A stretch of 63,265 nt of DNA, filler included, from Chiloscyllium plagiosum (GCF_004010195.1; 3 parts of one record of this genome joined end to end with filler, not necessarily neighbours in it); one strand, 5' to 3'; shown: positions 49,260 to 61,859, counted from the first letter of the whole stretch. A program made the numbers and translations. The notes: generated by a model not told the origin, from the sequence alone.

Positions 49260-49790
49260 TTCGTGAAGCTATAAGATATAACTGCAGAATTAGGCCATTC
49301 AGCTCTGCTGTTTGATCATGGTTCATATATTTCTCCATGTAATCTGTAATCTCCCTGTAATCCTTGATCCACTTTTCAATCAAGAAACTATCCATGCGGT
49401 CTTAAAGGCACTGAATGACTTGGCCTCCACAGCCTTCTGTAGAAATGGGCTCCACAGATTTACCATTCCTCTTCATTTCAGTTCTACAGGGTTGCCCCTT
49501 CACTCTGAGGATGTGCCCTCAGGTCCTAGCCTCCTTTACTAGTGGAAACTTTTTCCCCATATCACTCTATCCAGGTCTCTTGGCATTCTGTAAATTTCAA
49601 TCTGATCCCCTATTATCCTTTGAACTCCATCGAGTACAGACCCAGAGTCCTCAAGTGCTCCTGCTCTGACAAGCCCTTCATCCCCAGGATCATTTTTCTA
49701 AGCCTCCTCTGGACCCTCTCCAAGGCCAACACATCCTTCCTTAGATCCTGGGCCTAAAACTGCTCACAATATTCCAAATGTGATCTCCAA
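49260..49790 (-). mobile_element. CR1 3' portion
   Basis: ggcctccacagccttctgtagaaatgggctccacagatt..ggcctaaaactgctcacaatattccaaatg. Confidence 0.78.
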
Positions 49791-51702
49791 ATAACAAAGG
49801 TCAAACAGAGACAGAGGATGACATTTTCCAATCCTTTAAGTTGTGTAAGCAATGGTGAGAACGTTGGGAAAATGTGGTGACAGTGAAAAAATTTGGAATT
49901 TCGACATTAAGAAAAGAGTTCCCCAATTTCTCCAGTAAAGTTTAATCAGCGATTTCAGACTCTCATTATTGAACAGCTGCAAATTGATTTTTTGCTTGTC
50001 ATTATTAGCTCGATGCACCTATTTTCGATGTTACTTGCAATTCTCTTGTCCTGCCCTGAGATACGAGTCAGTGTAAATCCCTGACATGGGAGTCAGAGTG
50101 GCTGGCAGGTCCATCTTGCTGATTGTTTGACCCAGTGATCCTTTAGCATTATGTCCTTGTAGGTTCCATTGACACCTCCAACCTTCTGTCCACACGGGTC
50201 AGCATGAGAAAACCATCAGCCTCACCGCATCATTATGTCTACCCTCTAATCAACTCAGGGACTCCTACAATTACCTGCTGCTGGCCAGCCTCTTTGGTTG
50301 CAGGAAGATACATTCAATGCATGCATCTATACAGGATGTAGCGTATGGTTCTGAGCCTCAAGTCTTAATGCTCACTTATTTTGTACTCACTGGCCCAACC
50401 ATCTTCGACTCTTCATCAATGACCTTCCCTCCATCATATGGTTGAAGACTGCATACTAAAGCAATGCATCAAAGAGTATGAGAAAGTGGTACTCCCAATT
50501 AGTGAGTAGGGAGAACAGAGGGCAGTAAAGGTTGTTAGTTTGGGATGATGAGGTGGGTGAGACTGGACACAATTTGTGCAATAGTGAGACTTGCAACCCA
50601 TGAACATTGGTGTGAGAAAAGTCACTGAGAGCCACAGCAGACCAGGCACCATGAATTTCACCCGGTGGAATGCTACAACTCAAAATGGGAACATTCAGCC
50701 CAGGACCATTTATACTGGATCCCTTTGAAGAGGTTGATTGAATAAAGTGAATAACTTTCAAATCTCTTTTATTTGAGGTCAGTTTGTTTCCTTCTTAAAT
50801 TCAGTTTTACTTTATAAATTTATTTATTCACTCATAGGTTGTGTGCATTGCTGGCTAGCCAGAATATATTGCCCATTCCTAGTTGCCCTTGAGTAGGTGG
50901 TGGTGAGCTGCCTTCTTGCATTGCTGCAGTCTACATGCTGTGGATTGACTCACAATGCTGTTTGGGAGGGAATTCAAGGATTTTGACCTAGACAATGAAG
51001 GAACGATGATATATTTTCAAGTTAGGATGGTGGGTGACATGGAGGGAAACTTGCAGGTGGTGGTGTTCCTATGTATCTGCTGCCCTTTGTCCTTCTAGAT
51101 GGAAGTTGTTGTGGGTTTGGAAGATGCTGTATGAGGATCTTTGGTCAATTTCTGCAGTGATCCTGTAGATAGTATATTCTGTTGCTACTGAGAGGATGGA
51201 GAGAGTGGATGCTTGTGGATGTGATGCCAATCAAATGGGCTGCTTTGTTCTGGATGGTGTCAAGTTGTTTGAGTGTTGCTGGAGCTGCACTCATCCAGGC
51301 AAGTGGGGAGTGTTCAATCACACTCCTGACTGGTTCCTTGTAGATTGTGGATGAGCTTTGGGGTGTCAGGAGGTGAGTATTACTATCCTCTGACCTGCTC
51401 TTGTAGCCATTGTGTTTATGCAGTGAGTTCAGTTGAGTTTCTCATCAGTTGTAACCTCAAGGATATTGGTAATGGAGGATACACTACTGAATATCAAAAG
51501 GCAGTGATTAGATTGTCTCTTATTGAAGGTGGTCATTGCCTGGCATTTGTGTGACACGAATGTTACTAGTGGCTTGTCAACCAGAGCCCGGATATTATCC
51601 AGATCCTATTGCTTTTGAACAGGACTGCTTCAGTATCTGAGGAGTTAAAAATGGTGCTGAACATCTGCAATCATTGGTGAACATTCCCACTTCTGATCTT
51701 AT

Positions 51703-52031
51703 GATTAGATTAGATTAGATTACTTGCAGTGTGGAAACAGGCCCTTCGGCTCAACAAGTCCACACCGACCTGCCAAAGCGTAACCCGCCCAGACCCATTC
51801 TCCAATATTTTCGCCTTCACCTAACACTACGGGCAATTTAGCATGGCCAATTCACTTAACCTGCACATTTTTGGATTGTGGGAGGAAACCGGAGAACCCG
51901 GAGGAAACCCACGCAGACACGGGGAGAACGTGCAAACTCCACACAGAGAGTCGCCTGAGGCGGGAATTGAACCCGGGTCTCTGGCGCTGTGAGGCAGCAG
52001 TGCTAACCACTGTGCCACCGTGCTGCCCACC
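51703..52031 (-). mobile_element. Full-length young HE1-type SINE nested in the LINE RT
   Basis: Complete head, V-domain and tail with (ttaga)n; CpGs retained; gatt on both sides. Confidence 0.95.
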
Positions 52032-53199
52032 GATTGAGGGAAGGTCAGTGATGAAGCAGCTAAAGATGGTTGGACCAAGGACACCTGAGGGACTCCTGTA
52101 CAGATGTCCTGGAGGTAAGATGACTGACCCCAACAATCTCAACCATCTTCTCAGTATGTCTGGACACCAATCCATTTGGCACCAACAACCTCACCTCTGG
52201 AACTCAGCCCTTTTGTCCACATTTGAACCAAGGCTGTAATGGTTAGGAGCTGAGTGGCCCTAGTGGAACCCAAACTGGGCACCACTGAGTGGATATTGTT
52301 GATAGCATTGCTAATGATACTTTCCATCACTTTAGTAATGATCAAATGTAGACTGGTGCTTCATTAGTTTAGATTTATCCTGCTTTTTGTGAACAGAACA
52401 TATCTGGGCAATTTTCCACATTGTCAGGTAGACACCAGTGTTGAAACTATACTGGGACAGTTTTGCTGGGGGAGCAGAATGTTCTTGAGCTCAAGTCTTC
52501 AGTACTATTGCTGGACTGTTGTCAGGGCCCGTAACTTTTGCAGTATCCAGTGTCTCTAACTGTTTCTTGACATGATATGGAAGGAAACAAATTGGCTGAA
52601 GACTTGCATCTGGACCCCGCTGGAGGAGGCTGAGATCCATTTGACACATCTGGCTGAAGATTTCTGTGAATTACACTGATGTGCTAGGCTCTTCCATCAT
52701 TTGAAGATGGGGATATTTGTGGACCCTCCACTTCCAGTGAGTTGTTTAATTGCACATCACCATTCAAGACTTGATGAAGCAGGCTAGCAGAGCTTAGATC
52801 TGATCCATTGGTTGTAGGATCGCTTAGCTCTGCCTATCACTTGCTGCTTATGCTGTTAGGTATGCAAGTAGCCCTATTTGGTAGCTTTACCAAGTTGACA
52901 CCTCATTATTAGGTACGTCTGGAGCAGTCTGTATGACCTCCTGCACTCTCTACCGAACCAGGGCTGATCCCTGTCTTGATGATACTGATAGAGTTGGGAT
53001 ATAACTGGCCATGAGGTTGCAGGTTGCACTGGATTACAACTTTGTGCTGTTGATGGCCCACAGTGCCTCATGGATGACCAGTCTGAGTTGCTAGATCTAT
53101 TTGAAGTCTGTGCTATCTAGCCCAATGATAATGCCAGACAACACAATGGAGGATATTTTCAATGTGATTGTGGGACTTCATCTCCAAAAGGAACTACCG

Positions 53200-53392
53200 T
53201 AACTCTAACCCCAAGCCTAACTCGAGCACCAAGCCTCACCCTAACCCTACCCCTAACCCTGAACTTAGCATTAGCCCTAACCCTAACCCTTACCCCAACT
53301 CTAATACTAACCTGAACCCCAAACCTAACCCCAACCCTAATCCTAACCCTAACCCTAACCCTAACCCTAATTCCAACCCTAACCCTAACGCT
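53200..53392. repeat. Interstitial telomeric repeat (CCCTAA)n, about 32 partly degenerate units
   Basis: Six-base register maintained; pure run cctaaccctaaccctaaccctaaccctaa at about 53342-53370. Confidence 0.93.
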
Positions 53393-53543
53393 AGACCTTT
53401 CAGAGCTCTGCTCTTTTGTCATCGGATGAAAGAGCAGAGTTCCAAAAGCTGGTGATTTCAAATAAATCTAGTTGGACTATGGCCTGGTGTTGTGCGACCT
53501 CTGACCTTATCCACCCCAGTCCCACACTGGCACCTCCATATCA
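53391..53543. repeat. Fold-back PLE family-A pLTR fused to telomeric tract
   Basis: ctctgctcttt (53405-53415) is inverted with aaagagcagag (53429-53439); the downstream part matches 9320-9412. Confidence 0.8.
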
Positions 53544-55829
53544 TAACCCTCACCCTGGTGAGGGGGGAACTTGAAACCTCAGAGTTTTAGTTTCACCCCT
53601 GAAGTCTAGCATGTCTCTCACGTTTCCTGGGTAGGTGGCCACACCTCGTCGATCTCGGGTGTGGGTGAGGGAAGCCTGCTTCTCCGGAAGGTAAGTAAGT
53701 GCTGCTGATGGGGTCCTGAGCACCAGTCATGGCCTTGAGCATTCCTGAGAGTCTTGCAATCCTCCATGTCAGGTCGCTGCGGAGTCAGGCCTTGTTCCGG
53801 TGCTGGTGGGGCTTCTGTTCTGGGTCTCCATGAGCTTGGGCCAGCGAGAGGCCGGGAGGCCTTCCATCTTTCTGGGTTTGCCACCCACAGTGCTTTCTCC
53901 AAGTGTTGTTCAACATGAAGCACTGACTCATCAGCTAAGGGAGGATGGTTTGCCTGTGTTTAATCTGAAGCCGTGAAACTTCATGGAATCCAGAGTCAAT
54001 GCTGAAGACTTCCAGAGCAAATGCCTCCTGACTGTACACCACTGATGAGACAGGACATATCCAGGGATGGTGATGGTGGTGTCACATTTATTTGTGTACT
54101 AATGTACTGTGAATATGAATATTCACGTGTTCTATATTTCTTTTCTATAAAAGGCAAAGAAATAAAAAGAAAAGCAGTAAAGGTTTGAATACTGAACAGG
54201 AAGGATTGAAATGCAAAGCAAATCAGTCATCACCTGGAAGACAAAACGAGATTAATGTTCCCAGTGTGAGCCTTCACCAGAGCATGCAGCATATTGTGTG
54301 CGAGGTGTACTGAAAGAAATATGAAGCTCATTTTAAATCTATAAATGTGGGAATGTGTCAGTGCCTGCCTACATTAATGGACTACTACAATGAGTCAGTG
54401 AGGAGGTTGCACTGAAACGTTAACTGTGTAGAAGTGTAAGGAAAATTGGAGGGGCAAGTTGACTGCAATCACACATGACATGCCAAAGCCCACATCTAAG
54501 GAGCACAATGACAGGGTATAGGAATGAGCCACAGGCTCTCCTCTATCAAGTCAGTACATCAGTACATAGCACAGGAAATGTTATATTGAGAAAATACTTG
54601 AAATAATCCAAACAGGGTTGTGAAGATTAACTGCAAGTCTAAATTGTCATTATTTCTTATTGCATTTGAAACTAAGATTCTTTTAATTTGAAACAGAGTA
54701 GGAAGAGGTGTGGTAAAGATACTAAAACTCGAACAAGAAGGTACAAATGCTTTATTTTCGCTGGAGCTAAAGCAAAATCACAACTTATGGTGCCAGATGT
54801 CTGATGTGGTTTATGGTCCACATTTGCAGAATACCTTGGGGAGAACAGTGCTGAAATTATAAATTTGGACTCTGAATTTCTTCAGAGCACTGTGAATTTT
54901 GTGGAAATCTGGCAAAGATCCTTTTTGCAGTTTACATGGGTTTCCAACACACTATCTATGAAGTTACAACGGCACACCAGCAGACTGTCTGTGGCAATTT
55001 AGGGCCATTTGAACATAACTATGTCTGCAGGCAAAATGTGCGTGCAGACATGAGATCAGCAACTTTAATCAGATTAATATTTTAATTTATATTCCACTGT
55101 GCAGTCATGCTATGCATTTTTTGTGGTTTCCGCTTCACATCAATGAAAAATTGAAGAAAAGACTTCAAACATAGGAAATTCTTATCTTAATAGTGGAGCA
55201 AGTGTTATGAAAATCAAGAGCCTAACCTGTAGTTCAAGGACCACAGACCCATTCCCAAATTCCAACTCTCAAAATCTTACCAATTTGTTCCAACGTGGGC
55301 CTTGTCATCATGTTTGCTACGTATGCGCTCTTTTTGAGGGTTGTCGTCCTAGAGGTTTTGAGATTATTTTTGCCACGTTAGTTCATAAATTCTAAATGAA
55401 AACCTGTAGATTTATCAAAATTGAAAACTTGAGATACATATGATTCCACGCTGTGGGCAATGGGACCACAATGACAAAATGCATACGACTACAACATTAT
55501 GTCCTCGAGTGTTTTTATCTTACCTTTTGGCTTGTGAGAAGCCCAAGGGTCAGGTGGAGTGCTGCACCATCCAAATACAATGGGCTGGATTAAATTTGTT
55601 TTAAGGTTTGGTTGTGATAGAGGCTTTGGAACCTTCTGCATAACTGCTCAGAAACTGCAGGTGCGTTTTGTTTGAATATTGTTATTGTTCAGTCCATTTT
55701 TCACTCTCAATATAATCCATTCCTGTTCAGTATACAATGTTTGATTCACTGCAAAAACTCATTTAAAATGCAGCTTTCTTGTTCTGACAATCTGGCAGTT
55801 TAATTATGCTTAAAGGATTTTTTAAAAAC

Positions 55830-56890
55830 ATTCATTCATGAGTTATGGGTATCGCTGGCCTGCCCAGCATTCATTGGCTGTGTTGATAGTGTTGTTGAGC
55901 TGCCTTCTTGAAGGCTGTATCCTTGGGGTATAGGTATGAACACATTCTAGATGGTGGAGGTAGTGAACCTTGTAGATTGTACACCCTATTCCCACTGACA
56001 GCCAGTGTGAACAGAATGAATGATGAAGGTGCTGGATGTAGTGTCAATCAAACGGGTGCATTGTTCTGGATGGTGTCAAGCTTGAGTCCTGTTAGAGCTG
56101 CACCCATCCAGGCAAGTGGGGAGTATTCCATCACACTCCTGGCTTGTGTTTTGTAGATAGTGGACACGCTTTGGTGAGTCAAGAGATGTGCTATTTGCCA
56201 CAGAATTCCAAACCATTGATCTGCTCTTGTCATCATTGTAATTTACATGACTGATCCAGTTCAATTTCTGATCAAATGAAATCTCCAGGTTGTTGATGGT
56301 TTGGGGATGGCAATGCCATTGAGTATAAGAAACAATTGCATGGCATCTGTATGGCACAAATATAACTTCCCATTTATCAGCCAAAACTTGGATTTGTCCA
56401 GGTCTTACTGCATGTGGACACAGCCTACTTTATACCTAAGGAATCATGAATGATGCTGAATATTGTGCAATCATCAGTTATCATTCTCACATCTGATCTT
56501 ACATGGAGGAAAGACCAGTGATGAAGTAGTGAAGGATGTTTGGCCAAGGACACTATCCTGAGGAACTCCTGCAGTGATGTCCTGATGCTGAGATGGTTGA
56601 CCTTCATCAACCACAAACAGCTCCCTTTGTGCTAGATATGACTCCAATCAGCAGAGGGTTTTACCCCTATTTTCCATTGACTTCAGAGCTAGAACTCCTT
56701 GATGCCACACTTGGTTAAATGTTGCATTGATGTCAAAGGCAGTCACTTACATTTGATTACTGGATTTCAGCTATTTTGTCCATGTTTGGTTCATGGCATT
56801 AATAAGGTCAAAGCTGAGTGGCCCTGGTAGAACATCAGTGAGCAAATAATTTCTTGCAAATGCTGCTTGATAGCAGTGTTGAAGACCCCT
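55830..56890 (-). mobile_element. Second-family LINE 3' portion
   Basis: ORFs read ..MITDDCTIFS.., ADKWEVIFVPYRC, FDQKLNWISHVN, STIYKTQARSVMEYSPLAW. Confidence 0.87.
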
Positions 56891-56939
56891 TCAATAAAGC
56901 TCTTGATAACCACATGATGGTTGGAATTCCTCAGTTGAA

Positions 56940-57135
56940 GAAGAAGGTGGACATTTCAGAGGCCCCTTAGGGATGCTGGCATCATCGGAACAGATGCCAC
57001 AGAGATGGAGAATGGAATAGAGTCTTTACAGGAAGCAGGTTGTGATGATGTACAGGCAAGGCAACTGTGGGAGTTGGTGCATTTGTAGTGAATATTGGTG
57101 GCAAACCTATTTCCACATATGGAAACAGAAATTGA
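56940..57135 (-). mobile_element. PLE family-B-like RT thumb fragment
   Basis: Minus strand reads HYKCTNSHSCLACTSSQPASCKDSIPFS..ICSDD (decayed K.T.SH.YL...S.HP..CK.SIP.S motif). Confidence 0.68.
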
Positions 57136-57334
57136 ATTAAATTATTGTCACAAGTCAACGAAGGGAGTAGTCAGAGATGGACCAGGTAAAGGTGAAAGCA
57201 CAGTGCAAATCGGAAGAAAATTTGATAAATGTTGAGAAAAGGAGAAACATTGAGATGAGAGAGTGGCAACAGCACCATACATTGCAGCCTTCAATGTGTT
57301 ATTGATAACGGCGACCATCTTGTCAAGGTAATCC

Positions 57335-58515
57335 CTACACCCCACTTCTCCCCTTCAACAACTGCCAAACCTCAAACAGACTGTAGTTTGCAGCAAACTA
57401 CCCAGCCTTCAAGACATCAGTGACCACAACATCACATGACCCTGCCATGGCAGCCTCTGCAAGACATGTCAGATCATCGGTTTGGATACTGCCATCACAT
57501 GCGTGGACACCACCCACCACGTACACGGCAGGTACTCATGTGCCTCAGCCAACACTGTCTATCTTATACACTGCAGGCAAGGATGCCCCGAGGCACGGTA
57601 TATTGGCAAAACCGTGCGGATGCTACGACCACAGATAAATGGATTCTGTGCAACAATCACGCAGACAAGGATGTACCCTCCCAGTTGGGCCACACTTAAG
57701 CAGTCAAGGACAATCAGCCTCCAATCTTCAGGTAAGTGTCTTCCAAGACAGCCTTTGAGGTACACGGCAACACAGAATCACTGAGCAGAAACTGATAGCC
57801 AAGTTTTCTACCCATGAAGAGAGCTTCACCCGTGATCTTGGTTCATGTTGCACTAAATGCCGCCCTACCACACTGTTTTGTATCTGTAAAATCTTCCTTA
57901 CTGTCCTGTTTTAACGCCGTCACCTTGATAACCTGTTCTAATCTCTCTACGGAGAAAGTGAGGACTGCAGATGCTGGAGAAGGGCTTATGCCCGAAACGT
58001 CGATTCTCCTGCTCCTTGGATGCTGCCTGACCTGCTGTGCTTTTCCAGCAACACATTTTTCAGCTATGATCTCTCTACCTCAATTAATTCGTGCAGATTT
58101 GGATTAGTTGTTACTTCGGTTAGACTCTTAGCATACGACTCTTATACCTATCATGTTATTTCAGCCATTTGGTTTATCTCCAACACCATCTTATTTTAAA
58201 TTATTTGCAATTAGCTCTCTGCCTCAATTAATTGGATCATAGACCATCCCTTCACTTGCTATTCAGCTGTTGACACTTTTCTCACACCGCCTGACACTTT
58301 TGACCACCGTATTAGTCAGCTTGTCAACACTCCATTCACACCATTTATACTATCTTTTGATCTTTCTGCCTATACATTCTGTGCCTGTGTGCTTTTCTTC
58401 CCTTCACTTCACCTGACGAAGGAGCAGTGATTTCCAATAAACCTGTTGGAGGATAACCAAATGTTGTGCATCTTCTGACCTTATCCATTCCAATCCATCA
58501 CTGGCACCTCCACAT
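57335..58515 (+). mobile_element. PLE family-A-related 3' portion: Cys linker + GIY-YIG + pLTR
   Basis: PCHGSLCKTCQII linker; YSCASANTVYLIHCRQGCPEARYIGKT (GIY-YIG); pLTR at 58410-58515 with partly deleted hammerhead (CTGACGAAGGAGCAG). Confidence 0.87.
57951..58068. mobile_element. Inverted two-piece PLE family-B mini-insertion with 10-bp TSD
   Basis: atctctctac at 57941-57950 and 58069-58078. The first 30 bp are the pLTR end in minus orientation; the rest is plus orientation from hammerhead stem II. Confidence 0.8.
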
Positions 58516-58732
58516 GGGCCAGGATCAGGCAGGTGGGATTAATTTAGTTTGGGATCATGTTGGACCAAAAGGTCTGTTTCCATGCTGTTTGTCTCAATGA
58601 CTCTATAAGAGAAGGTTGGAAGGGCTGTCTGCTCTTTCTCAAACATACGTCCAACCACTTTTCATCTACCAGGACTCTGGGACTTTACTTGATGGAATTT
58701 AGAAAGATGAGGGGATGATCTAATAAAAATAA

Positions 58733-59025
58733 GGGTGGCACAGTGGTTAACACTGCTTCCTCACAGCGCCAGAGACCTGGGTTCAATTCCTGCCTCAGGC
58801 AACTCTCTGTCTGGAGTTTGCACATTCTTCCCGTGTCTGCATGGGTTTTGTCTCACAGTCCAAAAATGTGCAAGTTAGGTGAATTGGCCATGCTAAATTG
58901 CCTACAGTGTTAGGTGAAGGGGTAAATGTAGGGGAATGGGTCTGGGTGGGTTGCATTTCGGAGGGTCGGTGTGGACTTGCTGGGCTGCAGGGCCTGTTTC
59001 CACACTGTAAGTAATTTAATCTAAG
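58733..59025 (+). mobile_element. HE1-type SINE
   Basis: gggtggcacagtggttaacactgcttcctcacagcgccagagacctgggttcaattcc..gggcctgtttccacactgtaagtaatttaatct. Confidence 0.93.
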
Positions 59026-59554
59026 TAATTAATTAGCTAAACCCCAGTTCCGCCATTGAACAAGTTATCTCACTTCCATACTTCTCTTTTTATTTCCCAT
59101 GCTCCCCAATTTGGTTCTTGCTCTATGGGTACTGTCAGACTCATTGAGTTTTTCCAGCATTTCTGTTTCTCTTTTTGTATTTGCATCACCTGACACATTC
59201 ACTTTTGATCAGATTTGTTTTGGCATCTTGCCTGAAAGAAAGGTCTTAGCCATCCGTGCTTTTGGGTTTCAAGCGGCATTCTGCTTTGATATTGAACCAT
59301 TTTAATGTAACTGCCGAAAGTCCATTCGGAAGAAAGTTTCTGTTTCTTTGAACATAATGATGGATCACAGCAGAAAGTAAGACTGGTACGTTCTGTTCCC
59401 TCCGTCACCTTCATTCTGTCTGTAACTTCCTATAGATGATGATTAGAATGTACTGAATACATCCTTGAACCTCCTTGTCCAACATCATCTCCTTCTTTAA
59501 AACCTCACACATTACTGACCAACTCCTTCCATGCATAATACGTACATAAATACA

Positions 59555-59668
59555 ATGTGGAGGCTGGAGGTCAGAAATAAAAGCAGAAAGTTCTGGAAAA
59601 ACTCAGCAGGTATGACAGCTTAAGTGGAGGTAATGTTTTGAGTCGAAAATGACTCTTCTTCAGGACTG
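59555..59668 (-). repeat. Old PLE pLTR with decayed hammerhead
   Basis: Reverse complement ..cCTGAAGAAGAGTCATTTTCGACTCaaaacatt.. Confidence 0.65.
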
Positions 59669-60006
59669 TTCTAAACAAGCAAGGATGCTCATCCGAGTTG
59701 CATCTCCATTTCCCACTTTCATAAATCAGATAACAAGACACATATTACATACGCAGAAGTGAATCTGCCTCAGAATCAAAAGACCTCCAATTAATATTCA
59801 GTTAACAATTCAATTAACATCCATTTGAGATGTGTGCTCTCACAATTCAAGACTGTGACTTGGTGAAGAAAATAGTGAATGGAGAAGCTGATGGCAAAGG
59901 ATTTGCCCAATGGTTACTTTTCTTTCAGTCTCCATATTAAGCAGGCTGATTAATTAAATTGTGGAGCAGGGTAGTGGTGGTGAAATAATGGCACAGTGAT
60001 AATGAC

Positions 60007-60175
60007 TGAAAACAATAGATGCTGGAGGTCACAGCAGGTCAGACAGAGAGCAAGCTAACATTTCGAGTCTGGATGACTATTCATCAGAGGTCCTTTAGAT
60101 GCTGCCTGACCTGCTGAGATCTTCAGAATTTGTTGGTTTTAGTAGAGATTCCAGCATCTGCAGTAATTTGCTCCT
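60007..60175. mobile_element. Fold-back PLE mini-insertion with perfect 16-bp TSD
   Basis: gcacagtgataatgac at 59991-60006 and 60176-60191; the arms meet just after the minus-strand CTGATGA (ttcatcag ~60080-60087). Confidence 0.87.
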
Positions 60176-60285
60176 GCACAGTGATAATGACACTGAATGA
60201 GAAATATAAGAATATTGTATGGGAACAAGGTTGAACCATGGTACACAATGAAAATTGAATTCAATAAAAATCTGGAATCAAAGCT

Positions 60286-60600
60286 TGGTGTGACGGTCTC
60301 CTGGTCTGGCGTGAACGTCTGTCCTCAAGGTGATTCGGGGCCTGGCATGGATTGGAGGCAAGGTGCTGGCATGGACCAGGTTGGAATGACTGTTATTCTG
60401 GACATCTTATTTCTTTCATTTATTCCTGAGATCTGTCATGCTGGATCTTTTCTTTATTTTTCTATTTTGTTTCTCTGAACTTGGACTGAAGAATCTGTAC
60501 CTAGGTATCTTTGTATCTAAGATGGCACTGTAAGTGGTGACTTGGAAATGTTTCACTGTACTCGTTGGTGTGCATGTGACAATAAAACTAATTCAATTCT
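60286..60600 (+). mobile_element. Putative non-autonomous element with Rex1-like 3' tail
   Basis: Ends tttcactgtactc..catgtgacaataaaactaattcaatt, matching the Rex1 3' terminus at 10148-10190. Confidence 0.6.
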
Positions 60601-61264
60601 AATGATGGACATCAAGTCACTATCAATTGTCATAAAAATCCCACTTAGAGTGCTAATGTCCTTTAGGAAGAGAAAGGTGCCATCTAAGTCTGGTCTGTAT
60701 GTAACTCCAGACCCATATCAACGGGATTGACTCTTAACTACCTGCTGGGCAATTAAGGATGGGTAAGAAATATTGGTCTCTCCAGTGAGGCCCAAATCCT
60801 TTGAATGAATTTATTCAAATCATCCGATTGCTCACTCCAAAACTTGCCTTGATCAACAGCTCAATACTAATATTTTGGTAAGGGTTGCTTGGTATAATAT
60901 TGTACTGGCTTACTGGCAACTGTTTCCTCTTTCAATGCAGATAAGGCAGACAAAGATGATTTGATTCCTCAGGAGTGGAACCAATATGATTCTCTCCTTG
61001 CACTATGCCACTCTGACATGCTGCCCATTCAATCTATGGTCTTCGGGGCTCAGATCTTAAAAAGAATATATGTGTAAATTTCACAGGATTTATGAAGATG
61101 TTGAAGACTTGCCTTAGAATTTTCAGCATGCAATTGTGGTGTTTTGATGTATTATATTAAAATTGTAATCCACAATGTTTTCAAATGGCAAAATATACTG
61201 GGTGGGTTATGAATTGTTCTGCCTATTCACTATTAAAAAGAGAAAATTCTGGAAATATTTTTTC

Positions 61265-61390
61265 ATGGAAGTCACAGATCTCAAATATTAAACCTAATTG
61301 CGCTATGTACTGATGCTGTTAGACCTGTTGAATATTTCCCATGTTTTCTTGATAGATTTCAGATTTCCGGCATCTACAGCATTTTATTTT
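61265..61390 (+). repeat. Old PLE pLTR fragment
   Basis: gatgctgttagacctgttgaatatttcc..tttcagatttccggcatctacagcatttt. Confidence 0.55.
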
Positions 61391-61859
61391 GCCGACTCAC
61401 TAGTGCCTGTTTTGCACCACCAGTGTACAACAGTTTCATCACCACTGTCTTTTAAGTACTCCCGAGTTCTCATTAATCTATGTTGAAATAAATCATTCAC
61501 TAGCATCCACTCCACTTGCTCTAAGTGTAAAATCTTCTCCCAGCTGCTCTGAGAATGTGTTGCTGACTTAGAAGCCACATATTGCTTTTTGAGAGCATAC
61601 ATTTAATACAGGACTCAATAATTCAAAGCTTTTGTCATGTGCCAGGATATTTTGCTGTGTACTGGAAATGATTTATACCACAGCAGTACAGATTTATATC
61701 AAAATGAATAATGCAACACTGGCATTGTAAAGTACCCGATTTCCCAGTACTTGTATCTCGATGAATAGAAAAGCCACACAAATTCCCACAAAACACAGAA
61801 AAATGTGCACGTAAATTTTACTGTGAACCTTTTCAAACACAATCAGAAATTTAAGTCAC

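Larger units (their letters stand above)
50818..54087 (-). mobile_element. Second CR1-group (CR1/L2-related) LINE family, decayed APE-RT ORF, interrupted twice
   Basis: Minus-strand GVLGPTIFSCFITDLPS (RT), ITKVMESII, and APE-region LHVEQHLEKAL at 53880-53925. The clade is not resolved by eye. Confidence 0.8.
59985..60815 (+). mobile_element. tRNA-head SINE (second-LINE tail family) split by two nested insertions
   Basis: Head aatggcacagtgataatgac, ttgaattcaataaaaatctggaat, then 60600-60815 body/tail homologous to 24665-24900. Confidence 0.7.

Noticed and set aside
53159..53461. ORFs with (RV)n and (NP)n repeats
   Set aside because: These are translations of the telomeric hexamer tract, not proteins.
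60941..61077. Acceptor followed by 44 open codons (KADKDDLIPQEWNQYDSLL..)
   Set aside because: No recognised homology or partner exon; within chance expectation.
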